A stretch of 32,000 bases of DNA from Polyangiales bacterium (lineage in GTDB: Bacteria; Myxococcota_A; Polyangia; Polyangiales; Polyangiaceae): positions 73,096 to 105,095 of the forward strand of contig JBBRLQ010000022.1 of NCBI GenBank assembly GCA_038231275.1, written 5' to 3'. This document shows, piece after piece, positions 8,517-20,872 of the stretch. Every line of letters begins with the position of its first letter. Position 1 is the stretch's first letter. The notes under the pieces were generated by a model. It was not told the DNA's origin and searched no databases. It saw nothing but the letters and a program-made list of their open reading frames with translations. Both the position numbers and the translations under genes were made by a program.

Positions 8517-9811
8517 GGCTCCGCGCGCGCGCCGTCGCGATCGCGTGCGGTGCCCTCGTCGTCGCCGCGGTCGGCGGCGCGACCCACGTGCACGCGCAGC
8601 GCGTCGACCCGAAGCGCGCGACGACGCTGACGGTGGGAACACCGCGCGGGAGCGCGCCCGCGGCGCGGGTCGACGGCAGGCGCACGGGGTTTTCGCGAAC
8701 GGCGCTTCCAACGGGCACGCTGCGGGTCGCGTGGCAAAAGACGACCGGCGCGAGCCTCGAAGGTGCGCCGCTCGTCGACGCGCGCGGCGACGTCTTGATC
8801 GCGACGGGTCGCGGCGAGGTGCTCGCGCTCGATCCCGACGACGGCATCGAGCGGCCGCACGCGGGCGTCATCGGCGCGGCGCCGCTCGGCGCGATGGCGC
8901 TCTTGTCGGATCGCACGGTGGTCTTCGCGACCGCAGCGGGCGACGCGCTCGGCTCGCGCGACGGCGTCTTTCGTTTTCGCACGCGCGTCGGCGACGGGCG
9001 CGTCGTGACCGAGCGCTCCGGCGCGCTGGCGCTCGATGACGGAGGCGTGGCCGTCGCGACGGGCACCGAGCTCGCGACGCTCGACGCCGAGGGGCACGTC
9101 CGCGCGCGCGCGTCGCTGGAGGAGCCGGTGAGCGTGCCGCTCATCGCGACGCCCGGGAAAATTGCGGCGATTACGAGCACCGGCAAGGTGTTCCTCTGGG
9201 CGCCGGGCCGCGAGCCAGTGCGCGCGGGGAGCTTCGGCGGCGTCGTCGACGGGGGCGCGGTGCTCGCCGACGATCACACGCTCCTCGCGATCGTCTCCGG
9301 CCAGCAGCTCGTCGAGCTCGATCTCGACCGGGGGGTCGCGGCGGCGCGAATCGGCGCGGCCGGGCTCCTCCTCGGTCCGCCCGCGGTCCGCGGTGACACC
9401 GCCTACGTCCTCGCGTCCCTCCCCGGCCGCACCTTCGCCCTCGCCATCGACGGGAGCGGCCAAGAGATCGCGCGCGTCGCGGTGGTGACCACGCCAGCTC
9501 CAGTCTTGCCTGACGGAGGCGCCGCGGCGGTCGTGGTGGCGCCCCACACGGGTCCCCTCGTCGACGCCGCCGGCACCCTCGCCTTCGCGACGCCGGAGGG
9601 GCGCATCGGCGTGCTCACCAAAGACGGCGCCCTCGATCTCCTGGGCGACACGTTCTGCCTCCGCGCAGCCGGCCTCCAAGGGCGCGGGCCCACTCCCCCA
9701 CCCCCGACCGCCGCCTACGCGGGGATGGCTCCGGCAGGCCCCAACGCGTTCGTCGTTGCCTGCGAGACGGGCGTCGTGGTCAAAGTGACCCGCGCGCACG
9801 CCGGCGACTGA
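8513..9811 (+). CDS. Secreted PQQ-like / BamB-like beta-propeller repeat protein
   Basis: The track ORF 8360..9811 overlaps the upstream gene. A TTG at 8513 overlaps the upstream TGA (TTGA) and gives LRLRARAVAIACGALVVAAVGGATHVHA-Q, a signal peptide. There are about 8 recurring blade-like motifs (GDVLIATGRGEVLALDPDDG, GGVAVATGTELATLDAEGH, GKIAAITSTGKVFLW, GTLAFATPEGRIGVLTKDG). The start codon is uncertain. Confidence 0.5.
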   Translation: MRLRARAVAIACGALVVAAVGGATHVHAQRVDPKRATTLTVGTPRGSAPAARVDGRRTGFSRTALPTGTLRVAWQKTTGASLEGAPLVDARGDVLIATGRGEVLALDPDDGIERPHAGVIGAAPLGAMALLSDRTVVFATAAGDALGSRDGVFRFRTRVGDGRVVTERSGALALDDGGVAVATGTELATLDAEGHVRARASLEEPVSVPLIATPGKIAAITSTGKVFLWAPGREPVRAGSFGGVVDGGAVLADDHTLLAIVSGQQLVELDLDRGVAAARIGAAGLLLGPPAVRGDTAYVLASLPGRTFALAIDGSGQEIARVAVVTTPAPVLPDGGAAAVVVAPHTGPLVDAAGTLAFATPEGRIGVLTKDGALDLLGDTFCLRAAGLQGRGPTPPPPTAAYAGMAPAGPNAFVVACETGVVVKVTRAHAGD

Positions 9812-9876
9812 TCGGCCGAGGTCCCCGAGACAACTGGCGGATCGGGCCGCGCGGCACTATAGTCCTCGTTGAAGCC

Positions 9877-10200
9877 ATGATCACGATCACCGAAAAAGCC
9901 GCCAGCAAGGTCAAAGAAATTTCCGAGTCCGAGGCGCTCGGAGGCCAGGGGCTCCGCCTTCGTGTGGTCGGCGGCGGCTGCGCCGGGTTCTCGTACGACC
10001 TCTACTTCGAGGACAAGGTCGACGAGATGGATGAGGAGTACGAGTCGAACGGCGTGAAGCTGTACGTCGACCCCCTTAGCCACCAGTACCTGGAAGAGAC
10101 GGAGATCGACTACGTCGAGGGCGCGCACGGCTCGGGCTTCAAGTTCAACAACCCGAACGTGAAGGGCAGCTGCGGCTGCGGCTCATCCGTAAGCTTCTGA
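9877..10200 (+). CDS. erpA: A-type iron-sulfur cluster carrier / insertion protein (ErpA/IscA, HesB family)
   Basis: 107 aa. ITITEKAASKVKEI...LRLRVVGGGCAGFSY...NPNVKGSCGCGSSVSF carries the three conserved Cys (C-x-n-CGCG) and matches the E. coli ErpA layout by eye. Confidence 0.85.
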   Translation: MITITEKAASKVKEISESEALGGQGLRLRVVGGGCAGFSYDLYFEDKVDEMDEEYESNGVKLYVDPLSHQYLEETEIDYVEGAHGSGFKFNNPNVKGSCGCGSSVSF

Positions 10201-10281
10201 GCCGCTTCTGACGGCCTCGGGCTACGCGACTTAAGACACCGAACCACGCGGTCCGGCATCGGAGGTTCTACGGAGCCTACG

Positions 10282-11229
10282 ATGAAGAGCGTTGAGCACG
10301 ATTCGGTGGCGCAGTACCTCGCCGAAGTGGATAAAATCCCGGTGCTTTCGCGGGAGGACGAGCACGAGCTCGCCGTTCGCGCGAAGACTGAACCGGCGGC
10401 CGCCTCGGCCCTGGCGCGCGCGAACTTGCGCTACGTCATTGCGATCGCGCTGAGCTACCGCCGGTATGGGGTGCGCGTCGGTGATCTGGTGTCGGAGGGC
10501 AACGTCGGGCTCATGATCGCCCTGCGGAAGTTCGATCCGTCGCGCGGCACGCGCTTCGTCACGTACGCCGCGCACTGGATCCGCGCGATGATCCTGGACC
10601 ACGTCATCAAGAACCACAGCCTCGTGGGCCTCGGCTCGGGACCGATGCGGTCGAAGGTGTTCTTCCGCCTCCGCCGTGAGCGCGCGAAGGTCGCGGCCGC
10701 GACGAACGATCACGAGGAAGCGTCGCGCATGCTCGCGGCGCGATTCGGAACCACGCCCGAGAAGATCGAGCTGATGTCGGCGCGCCTGGAGTCGCGTGAC
10801 GTCTCGATGGACGTGACGACGCGCGAGGACGGCACCGTGACCCTCCTCGACTCGATGGCGTCCCCCTTGCCGTCGCAAGAGGACCAGCTGGCCGAGCGCG
10901 AATATTCCCAGCGCGCGACGGTGCGCGTGCGCTCGGCGATCGCCGAGCTCGACCCGCGGGAGCGAATCATCATCGAGCTTCGTATGATGGCCGACGATCC
11001 GGAGGAGCTCAGCTTGGCGGAGCTCGGACGCAAGCTCGGTGTCTCCCGTGAGCGCGCGCGCCAGCTCGAGGCCCGCGCCAAGACCAAGCTCCAGCGCCTG
11101 CTCACCGATGACTTCGGTCCCGCCCCCGCCGCGACCTCCACCGTCATCGAGGCCATCGCGCCGGCGCACGAGCTCGTGGCGGCGCCCGACTCGCACGCCA
11201 CCCTGCCCCTCGCGAGCGAAGCGGCGTGA
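10282..11229 (+). CDS. RNA polymerase sigma-70 family factor, RpoH (sigma-32)-like
   Basis: 315 aa with GGAG 6 nt upstream. Region 2 (NLRYVIAIALSYRRYGVRVGDLVSEGNVGLMIALRKFDP.RG.RFVTYAAHWIRA). An RpoH-box-like segment, MRSKVFFRLRRER. Region 4 HTH (LSLAELGRKLGVSRERARQLEARAKTKL). Plus a roughly 40 aa C-terminal tail. Confidence 0.8.
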   Translation: MKSVEHDSVAQYLAEVDKIPVLSREDEHELAVRAKTEPAAASALARANLRYVIAIALSYRRYGVRVGDLVSEGNVGLMIALRKFDPSRGTRFVTYAAHWIRAMILDHVIKNHSLVGLGSGPMRSKVFFRLRRERAKVAAATNDHEEASRMLAARFGTTPEKIELMSARLESRDVSMDVTTREDGTVTLLDSMASPLPSQEDQLAEREYSQRATVRVRSAIAELDPRERIIIELRMMADDPEELSLAELGRKLGVSRERARQLEARAKTKLQRLLTDDFGPAPAATSTVIEAIAPAHELVAAPDSHATLPLASEAA

Positions 11230-11230
11230 G

Positions 11231-11265
11231 TTGACACCATCGGTCTATCGCGATAGACCGATGGT
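11231..11265 (+). promoter_or_regulatory. 30-bp perfect palindrome (11236-11265) overlapping a promoter-like TTGACA-17 nt-TAGACC; candidate operator of the SahR-like regulator
   Basis: ACCATCGGTCTATCG|CGATAGACCGATGGT is an exact reverse complement of itself. TTGACA lies at 11231-11236 and TAGACC at 11254-11259 (17-nt spacer). The ATG of the next gene starts at 11266, immediately after the palindrome, with no Shine-Dalgarno sequence. The palindrome itself is certain; the promoter and operator roles are inference. Confidence 0.5.
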
Positions 11266-12206
11266 ATGGCGAGCCTCACGGCCACGGTCACGACGCTTCA
11301 GCTCCTGGGGGAGCCGACGCGCGTGCGCCTCATGGCGCTCCTCGCGCGCGAAGAGCTGACCGTCGCAGAGCTCGTCGCGATCACCGACGTCGGTCAGTCG
11401 AGCGTGTCGACGCACCTCGGGCGCCTTCGCGAGGCGGGTGTGCTGCGCGATCGCAAGGCGGGCGCGTCGACGTTCTACGCCCTGAATGAGGTGGCGATGC
11501 CCACCGACGCGCGCCGCCTCTGGACGCTCCTCCACGCCGAGCTCGCCGACGGGGTCCTCGACGCCGACCGCGCGCGCATGGACAAGGTGCTCGCGACGAG
11601 GCGCGCGGCGTCCTGGCCCGACGCGTTCGCCGGCGAGATGGAGCGGCACTACTCGCCCGGTCGCACCTGGGAGGCGATGGCGCGCGGTCTCCTCGGCCTC
11701 CTCCGCCTCGGCGACGCGCTCGACGCCGGCAGCGGGGACGGCACGGTCGCGCAGATGCTCGCCCCGCGCGCGCGCTCGATCACGTGCCTCGACAAGAGCG
11801 AGCGGATGATCGACGCCGCCAAGGCGCGCCTCACCAAGGCCAAGAACGTGTCGTTCGAGATTGGCGACGTCGCGGCCCTTCCCTTCGCGGCGCGCTCGTT
11901 CGACGAGGTCCTCCTCTTCAACGTGCTTCCGCAAGTGGACGCGCCCGCGAAGGTGCTCTCCGAAGCCGCGCGCGTGCTGCGCCCCGGAGGCCTCGTCGTC
12001 GTGAGCGCGCTCGCCGCCCACGCGCACCCGCACGTGACCGCGCCCTACGGCGACGTGCAGCCGGGAATCGCCCCCTCCGCGCTGAAGACCCTCCTCAAGA
12101 AGGCGGGCTTCTCCGTCGACCACTGCGACGTCACCAGCCGCGAGAAGCGCGCACCGAATTTCGAGATCGTCACCGCGTTCGCACGCCTCCCCGAAGGACT
12201 TTCATC

Positions 12207-12210
<4 letters not shown>
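11266..12210 (+). CDS. sahR: ArsR-family HTH fused to a SAM-dependent-methyltransferase-like domain (SahR-like methionine-cycle regulator)
   Basis: 314 aa. The N-terminus, [50 protein letters not shown], is an ArsR/SmtB wHTH lacking the CxC metal site. The C-terminus has MTase motif I ([14 protein letters not shown]) and LRPGGLVVV. The stop overlaps the metH start. Confidence 0.7.
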
Positions 12211-15875
<3,665 letters not shown>

Positions 15876-15915
15876 GAAGGCCCGCGCGCACGCCTTCGCG
15901 TACACAAAAGCCGAA

Positions 15916-15939
15916 CGCCCACGCTTTGGGGCGTGGGCG
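15916..15939 (-). terminator. Intrinsic terminator hairpin downstream of rnpB (possibly also serving metH)
   Basis: 9-bp perfect GC-rich stem CGCCCACGC / GCGTGGGCG with a 6-nt loop. On the minus strand it is followed by TTCGGCTTTTGTGTA. On the plus strand it is preceded by ACACAAAAG but has no downstream T-run. Confidence 0.55.
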
Positions 15940-15943
15940 CGCG

Positions 15944-16366
15944 GGTCGACGTCGTTCGTAAGCCGAGTTCTGTTCCGCCGGCGCGTCTCCTTGCCGGCGG
16001 TGACGATCATTCCTCTAGGACGCGCGTTACCGCGCGCCTCGAGCAGCCAACCCGCAGGCTCGGGCGAGTCACCCTTTCCGCAGACCTTGCGGTCCACGGG
16101 CACCTGCCTATGCGGCCTTGCTCCTGGTGGGGTTTACCTAGCCACGGACGTTACCGCCCGCGCGGTGGGCTCTTACCCCTCCGTTTCACCCTTACCGCCC
16201 GCGGTTCGCTTTCGCGTCCCGAGGGAGGCGGTCTGTTTTCTGTTGCACTCTCCTCGGCGTTTCCGCCACCGGGCGTTACCCGGCACCTCACTCTGTGGAG
16301 CTCGGACTTTCCTCTCGCCGAGCGGCTTTCACCGCGCGGCCAGCGATCGTCTGAGCGGCGTCGACC
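15944..16366 (-). ncRNA. rnpB: RNase P RNA, bacterial type A
   Basis: The minus strand contains the universally conserved blocks GAGGAAAGTCCGAGCTCCACAG (plus 16297-16312 region), GTGCCGGGTAACGCCCGG, AGTGCAACAGAAAACAGACCGCC, GGTAAGGGTGAAACGGAGGGGTAAGAGCCCACCGCG and ACAGAACTCGGCTTAC (plus 15958-15973). These match the E. coli M1 RNA order by eye. P1 pairing is GGTCGACG (5' end) with CGTCGACC (3' end). Ends are approximate, +/-10 nt. Confidence 0.9.
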
Positions 16367-16441
16367 GGCCCAGTTTGAGCATCCGCGGCGCTCGGCGCAA
16401 GCCTCGTCGACTCGCGTTCCGTAAACGGGCAGAATCGATGA

Positions 16442-17416
16442 ATGTCGGGCGCGCTTGGCTCCTGGGTCACCGCTTCGCTCTTCCTGGCGTGCTCGGGCGC
16501 GGCGGGGTGCGGGGGCACGGCGGTCACCCTGCACGCGCCACGGTGCGCGAAGAGCGCCGCCCGCGAAGAGCCCGCGCGCGTCGAAGTAGAGCCCATGACC
16601 GCGCGGCCCGACGCGGCGGCGGACTCCAATGTCGCCCTCGGTCACCCGGGACCCGCGGAGGTCCTGACGAGCGGGATGAAAGAGGAGCTCTCGGCGCGCG
16701 CGCTGACGGGCGGCGCGCCGGGGGGCTACCGCGTGCGGTGCACGATGGATCGGTTCGCGCTGCGCGCGCGCGTCGGCATGGTCGGGACGGCGACGATCGC
16801 CGCGCTGTACGTGGACCTCGCGTGCGCGATCGAGACGATCGACGCGCCCAAGCTCGTGTGGCGGGGCGCCTTGCGCGCGCGTTCGGCGGCGACGGCCACG
16901 ACGCCGCTCGCGAGCGAGACGGCGCTCGTGCAGTCGCTCGCCGATCGCGCGATGAGCGACGCGTCGCGCGAGCTCGCCAGCGATCTGGCGGTGCGCGTCC
17001 TCGGGCTCGGCGGCGGGCCGAGCGCGCGCGTGTTCGCGGACGAAGCGGCGCGGGCGGCGTCGAGCGGCGTCGACGACACGCTCTTCGGCGGCGCCGGCCT
17101 CTCCGAGGCCCCCGATCGCGCCGCGCTCGCACTCCCGAGCTTGCGCGATCTCGATCCCTCCGTCCGCGCGGCCGCGTGGAACGCCGTCGCGCTCGCGATG
17201 GGACCCGGCGACCGCTGGTTCGCAGGCGATCCGGTCATGGATGACGACGCCGTCGTCCGCTTCTACGAGTACAAGGCCCTCGCCCGACACGCCGAGCCGT
17301 CGTCGCTCGCGAAACTCGGGCAAGCGCGCAAACGCGAAGAGGAGCCGTGGCTGCAGGAGCTCCTCACCGACGCGCTCGCGACCGGCGGTCTCGGGCTGCC
17401 CCGGCGGCCTCGGTGA
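16442..17416 (+). CDS. Lipoprotein of unknown function (one HEAT-like repeat near the C-terminus)
   Basis: 324 aa. MSGALGSWVTASLFLAC-SG is a signal peptide plus lipobox. LRDLDPSVRAAAWNAVALAMG resembles a HEAT repeat. Codon bias is coding-like. No other recognisable domain. Confidence 0.55.
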   Translation: MSGALGSWVTASLFLACSGAAGCGGTAVTLHAPRCAKSAAREEPARVEVEPMTARPDAAADSNVALGHPGPAEVLTSGMKEELSARALTGGAPGGYRVRCTMDRFALRARVGMVGTATIAALYVDLACAIETIDAPKLVWRGALRARSAATATTPLASETALVQSLADRAMSDASRELASDLAVRVLGLGGGPSARVFADEAARAASSGVDDTLFGGAGLSEAPDRAALALPSLRDLDPSVRAAAWNAVALAMGPGDRWFAGDPVMDDDAVVRFYEYKALARHAEPSSLAKLGQARKREEEPWLQELLTDALATGGLGLPRRPR

Positions 17417-17495
17417 GGATGCCCGCCGCCCCGCGAACGACGCTCGGGATTTCCCGCGGACTGGGCGGATAGGCTCGGCGGCGTCGACACGTCGC

Positions 17496-18863
17496 TCAGG
17501 CCGCCGCCGTGATGCGTCGTGGATTCGCCGGGAGTCGAACGAAGGCGAGCGCCGTGACGAGCGGGACGACGACGAGGCCGTACCGACCTGCGCCGAAGAA
17601 CACCCCGTGCGCGAGGGCTGTGATCGCGATGACGAGCGCCGCCCACGGGACGACGAGCGGAAGCTCTGCCACGCGCCGTCGACCGAGCAGCACGACCACG
17701 AGGGTCACCGCGAGGTAGGCAGGCCACGCGTGCTCCGTGACGGCGAAACCGGCCGCGACGAACGCGATCGCCGCGCGCGTGATGGATCGCGGCCCCGGCA
17801 GTCGCGCCACCGCGAGCAGCGCGCCGAGGAGGAGGAGGCGCGCCGCGACCGTCTCGAACGCGCCGAGCGCGAGCTTGTCCACGTCGCGGAGCACGCTGCC
17901 GTTCGCGGCGTGGAGGTACCACGGGGCCGCGCCGAAATAATCGAACGTCGCGGCGAGCTTCGACGGCGTCTTCGCGAGCCACGTGCCTGGCGATCGCACG
18001 ATCGCTTCGCGGCCCGCGCGCTCGAAGCACGCGTCTTTTCCCGCCTCGTCCCATACGGTCCGACACTCCACCGGCACGTCGAGCTCGGTCCACGCGCCGG
18101 TCGTCGTCTGCGCGCCGATGAGGAGGTTCCATCCGCCGTTGACGCTCACGAGCGCGCACCGCTGCATGCGGACACAGTTGCGCGCGGTCCACGGCGCGCA
18201 GATCGCGAGGGCGACACACGCGACGCACGCAGCCGCCGCGGCGCGCGCGCGGAGGGTCGCGCCGGACGCCAGCGCCATGGCGCCGAGCGCCGGGGCGAGG
18301 ACGAGGCACTGCGGGCGCACCAGCGTCGCGACGCCCATCACCATCCCTGCCGCGACCAACCACGCCGCGCGCCTTCGCCCCTCATGATCGCGCGACGCCG
18401 CCGCGACCGCCGCCGCGATCACGACGAGCCCCGAGGTGACTCCCTCGGTCATGATCGCGGAGGTGTACGGAACGAGCGCCGGGTGGATCGCGACGACGAT
18501 CGCTCCCGCGTACGCCGCCAGGCGCGAGGTGGCGCGGAGGAGCAGCCGATGCGTCGCGACCGCCGCCGCCGCACCGATGAGTCCGTTCACGGCGCCGGCG
18601 ACGAAGGGCCCTGCACCGAACGCGGCGTACGCGAGGGCGAGGAGCGCCGGGTAGCCCACCGGATAGTGTGCGACGTACGTCACCGCGCCGTCGGGCCAGG
18701 CCCACGTGTAGCCCTGACCGTGCGCGAGGCGCGTCGCGAGGGCGTCGTAGTAGACGCCGTCCGCCACCGCCGGGAACGAGACACCCGCCCACGCCAGCCA
18801 CGCCGCGCGCGCCGCCAGCGCCGCGAGCGCGACGAGGAGCGTCTCACGCGTAGCGCCCTTCAC
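17496..18863 (-). CDS. GT-C fold glycosyltransferase, family 39 / ArnT-PMT-like integral membrane protein
   Basis: The track ORF 17496..19319 is over-extended into maf. The GTG at 18863 overlaps the maf TGA (GTGA on the minus strand) and gives 455 aa starting VKGATRETLLVALAALAARAAWLAW. It has a DGVYYDALATRLAHGQGY loop motif after TM1 and about 10 or more hydrophobic helices. Confidence 0.65.
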   Translation of the reverse strand: MKGATRETLLVALAALAARAAWLAWAGVSFPAVADGVYYDALATRLAHGQGYTWAWPDGAVTYVAHYPVGYPALLALAYAAFGAGPFVAGAVNGLIGAAAAVATHRLLLRATSRLAAYAGAIVVAIHPALVPYTSAIMTEGVTSGLVVIAAAVAAASRDHEGRRRAAWLVAAGMVMGVATLVRPQCLVLAPALGAMALASGATLRARAAAAACVACVALAICAPWTARNCVRMQRCALVSVNGGWNLLIGAQTTTGAWTELDVPVECRTVWDEAGKDACFERAGREAIVRSPGTWLAKTPSKLAATFDYFGAAPWYLHAANGSVLRDVDKLALGAFETVAARLLLLGALLAVARLPGPRSITRAAIAFVAAGFAVTEHAWPAYLAVTLVVVLLGRRRVAELPLVVPWAALVIAITALAHGVFFGAGRYGLVVVPLVTALAFVRLPANPRRITAAA

Positions 18864-19486
18864 GTCGCGATGAGCCCGAGCGCGCCGAGCGCGACCGCGA
18901 CCTCGCACGCGGGGAGGCCCACGACGTTCGTGTACGAGCCAGAGATTCGCGGGACGAGCGCGGCCCCCTTCCCTTGCACCGCGTAGCCGCCCGCCTTGTC
19001 GAGCCCCTCGCCGCTCGCCGCATAGGCGCGGATCTCGGCGGCCGTGAGCGCGCGAAACGCGACGAGCGTGGTGACCGTCTCGGCGTGCGCCGGCGCCTCT
19101 CCGATCGCACGCGCGCTCCGCGCGATCGCAAAGCGCGTCTTCACCTCGTGCGCGCGCCCGGCGAGCCGTGCGATCATCTGCTCGGCTTCGGCGGCGCCTT
19201 CGGGTTTTCCGAGGATCGCGCCGTCGACGATCACGCTCGTGTCTGCGACGAGGATCGCCATCGCCCGCGCGCGCAGATCCGCGGGGAGCGCGCTCGTCAC
19301 CGCGTCGAGCTTTGCGCACGCGATCCGGACGAGGTACGCGTCGGCCTCTTCGCCCTCGTGGACGGTCTCGTCGGCCTGGCCGACGACGGTGACGTGGGGG
19401 ATCCCGAGGCTCGTCAGGATCTCCCGCCGGCGCGGCGATCCGCTGCCGAGCACCAGAGGCGACGCGTCGCTCAAGAACGAGGGCAC
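18860..19486 (-). CDS. maf: Maf-like nucleoside triphosphate pyrophosphatase (septum formation protein Maf)
   Basis: 208 aa with a GTG start and GAGAGG upstream. LVLGSGSPRRREIL...LVADTSV...GKP......A...L..L.GR.H.V.T......E.I..Y..SGE..DKAGGYAVQG.GA......I.GSYTNVVGLP matches the Maf family signature. Confidence 0.85.
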   Translation of the reverse strand: MPSFLSDASPLVLGSGSPRRREILTSLGIPHVTVVGQADETVHEGEEADAYLVRIACAKLDAVTSALPADLRARAMAILVADTSVIVDGAILGKPEGAAEAEQMIARLAGRAHEVKTRFAIARSARAIGEAPAHAETVTTLVAFRALTAAEIRAYAASGEGLDKAGGYAVQGKGAALVPRISGSYTNVVGLPACEVAVALGALGLIAT

Positions 19487-19573
19487 GACGCCTCTCTAAA
19501 GCAGAAGTGGTTCGACCGGAACGGCAAACGACGCATGCGACCCGGGCCGCGGCCGTGGTAGCGTGGCACCCAC

Positions 19574-20872
19574 ATGCGAGGCCTCTGCACCGTCGCGCTC
19601 GTGAGCGCCGCGATCGCCCTCCTCTCCACGCGCGCGCGCGCCTCCGAGAACTGTGGCAGCCCGCTCGTGACGACGTGCATCAACAGCGACACGCTCTGGC
19701 CTCACGCCGGACCGTCGCAATTTCTCACCGTGGGCGGCACCGAAACGGTCGCGAAGGGGCAGGTCGGCTTCGGGCTCTTCGCGACGTACCTCTCGCGCCC
19801 GATCACGCTTCACCTTCCGTCGCCCGGCCCGGGCGGCAGCAGCCAGTACGCCGTCAACGATCAGGTGAACGGTACGTTCCTCTGGGCATACGGCGTGACC
19901 GATCGCCTGGAGCTCGACGTCGCATTGCCCGTGACGTTCGGCCAGGGCGGCGCGGGCACCGAGCCGATCACCGGCGGCGCGGGGCTCCAAGACACCGCGC
20001 TCCGCGATCTGCGCTTCGGCGCCGCCTACGCCATCGTCCCGCGCGCGCGACGCGACGCCGAGCGCCAGTCGACCTGGTCCCTCACCGGGCGTTTCGAGAC
20101 GAGCGCGCCCACCGGCGACGAGGATCAGTTCGCCGGCGAGCGCTCCGCGGTCTTCCTGCCGAGCGTGGCCGCCGACGCGCGCTACCGCCGCATCTTCGTC
20201 GGCGCGGAGGTCGGCGCACGCCTCCGCCCCACCGCCGAGCTCGCCGGGGCGCGCGTCGGCTCGCAGCTCCTCTTCGCGCTCGGCGCCGGCTACGACATCC
20301 TGCCGCGTCGCGATCTCCTGGGAATCATGCTGGAGGCGCGCGCGCTGCCGACGCTCTCCGAGCAACACGATCTCAACCCGACCGCGCAAGGTCTCGTGAG
20401 CACGCCCAACGGCAAGCACATCGTGCCCGCCGAGTGGACGCTCGCTGCGCGAACGGCGCCCATCGCGGGCGGCGACTTCGTCCTCCACGCGGGCGGCGGC
20501 GGGCCCTTGACGACCGACGCCCCCATCACCTCGCCGCGCTTCCGGTTCATGCTCGGCGTCCGCTACGCGCCTCTTCAGCGCGACAGCGACGGCGACGGCG
20601 TCCTCGATCGGGACGATCGCTGCCCGCACCACGCCGGCTCCATCGCCTCGGGCGGCTGCGAGCCCGACAAGGCCGCCGAAAAGCCCGTCTTCGAAATGCG
20701 CCCGGGAAATCCGGCGTGCGACGACGATCCCGACACCGTCGACGGCTTCACCGACGACGCGTGCCCCGACGAGGACGCCGACAAAGACGGCGTCGACGAT
20801 CGCCACGACAAGTGCCCCTCCCAGGCGGAAGACTTCGCAGGCCTCCCCGACGGCTGTCCGGAGACTCGATGA
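19574..20872 (+). CDS. Outer-membrane beta-barrel-like protein with C-terminal thrombospondin type-3 (Ca-binding) repeats and no OmpA domain
   Basis: 432 aa. Signal peptide MRGLCTVALVSAAIALLSTRARA-SE. Alternating beta-strand pattern through about residue 330. Then DSDGDGVLDRDDRCP, DPDTVDGFTDDACPDEDADKDGVDDRHDKCP (TSP3-like D-x-D-x-D-G motifs, about 20581-20866). Confidence 0.6.
   Translation: MRGLCTVALVSAAIALLSTRARASENCGSPLVTTCINSDTLWPHAGPSQFLTVGGTETVAKGQVGFGLFATYLSRPITLHLPSPGPGGSSQYAVNDQVNGTFLWAYGVTDRLELDVALPVTFGQGGAGTEPITGGAGLQDTALRDLRFGAAYAIVPRARRDAERQSTWSLTGRFETSAPTGDEDQFAGERSAVFLPSVAADARYRRIFVGAEVGARLRPTAELAGARVGSQLLFALGAGYDILPRRDLLGIMLEARALPTLSEQHDLNPTAQGLVSTPNGKHIVPAEWTLAARTAPIAGGDFVLHAGGGGPLTTDAPITSPRFRFMLGVRYAPLQRDSDGDGVLDRDDRCPHHAGSIASGGCEPDKAAEKPVFEMRPGNPACDDDPDTVDGFTDDACPDEDADKDGVDDRHDKCPSQAEDFAGLPDGCPETR

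Noticed and set aside
15933-17244. Plus-strand ORFs 15933..16424 and 15991..17244
   Set aside because: The first 430 nt are the reverse complement of RNase P RNA. The remainder is out of frame with the better-supported lipoprotein ORF 16442..17416. Both are Arg/Pro/Ser-rich artefacts.
19547-19576. Sigma-54-like TGGCAC-N5-TGC upstream of the OMP gene
   Set aside because: The GG/GC spacing is off by one relative to the TGGCACG-N4-TTGC consensus, and the -12 element overlaps the ATG start codon itself. It cannot serve as a promoter for that gene.
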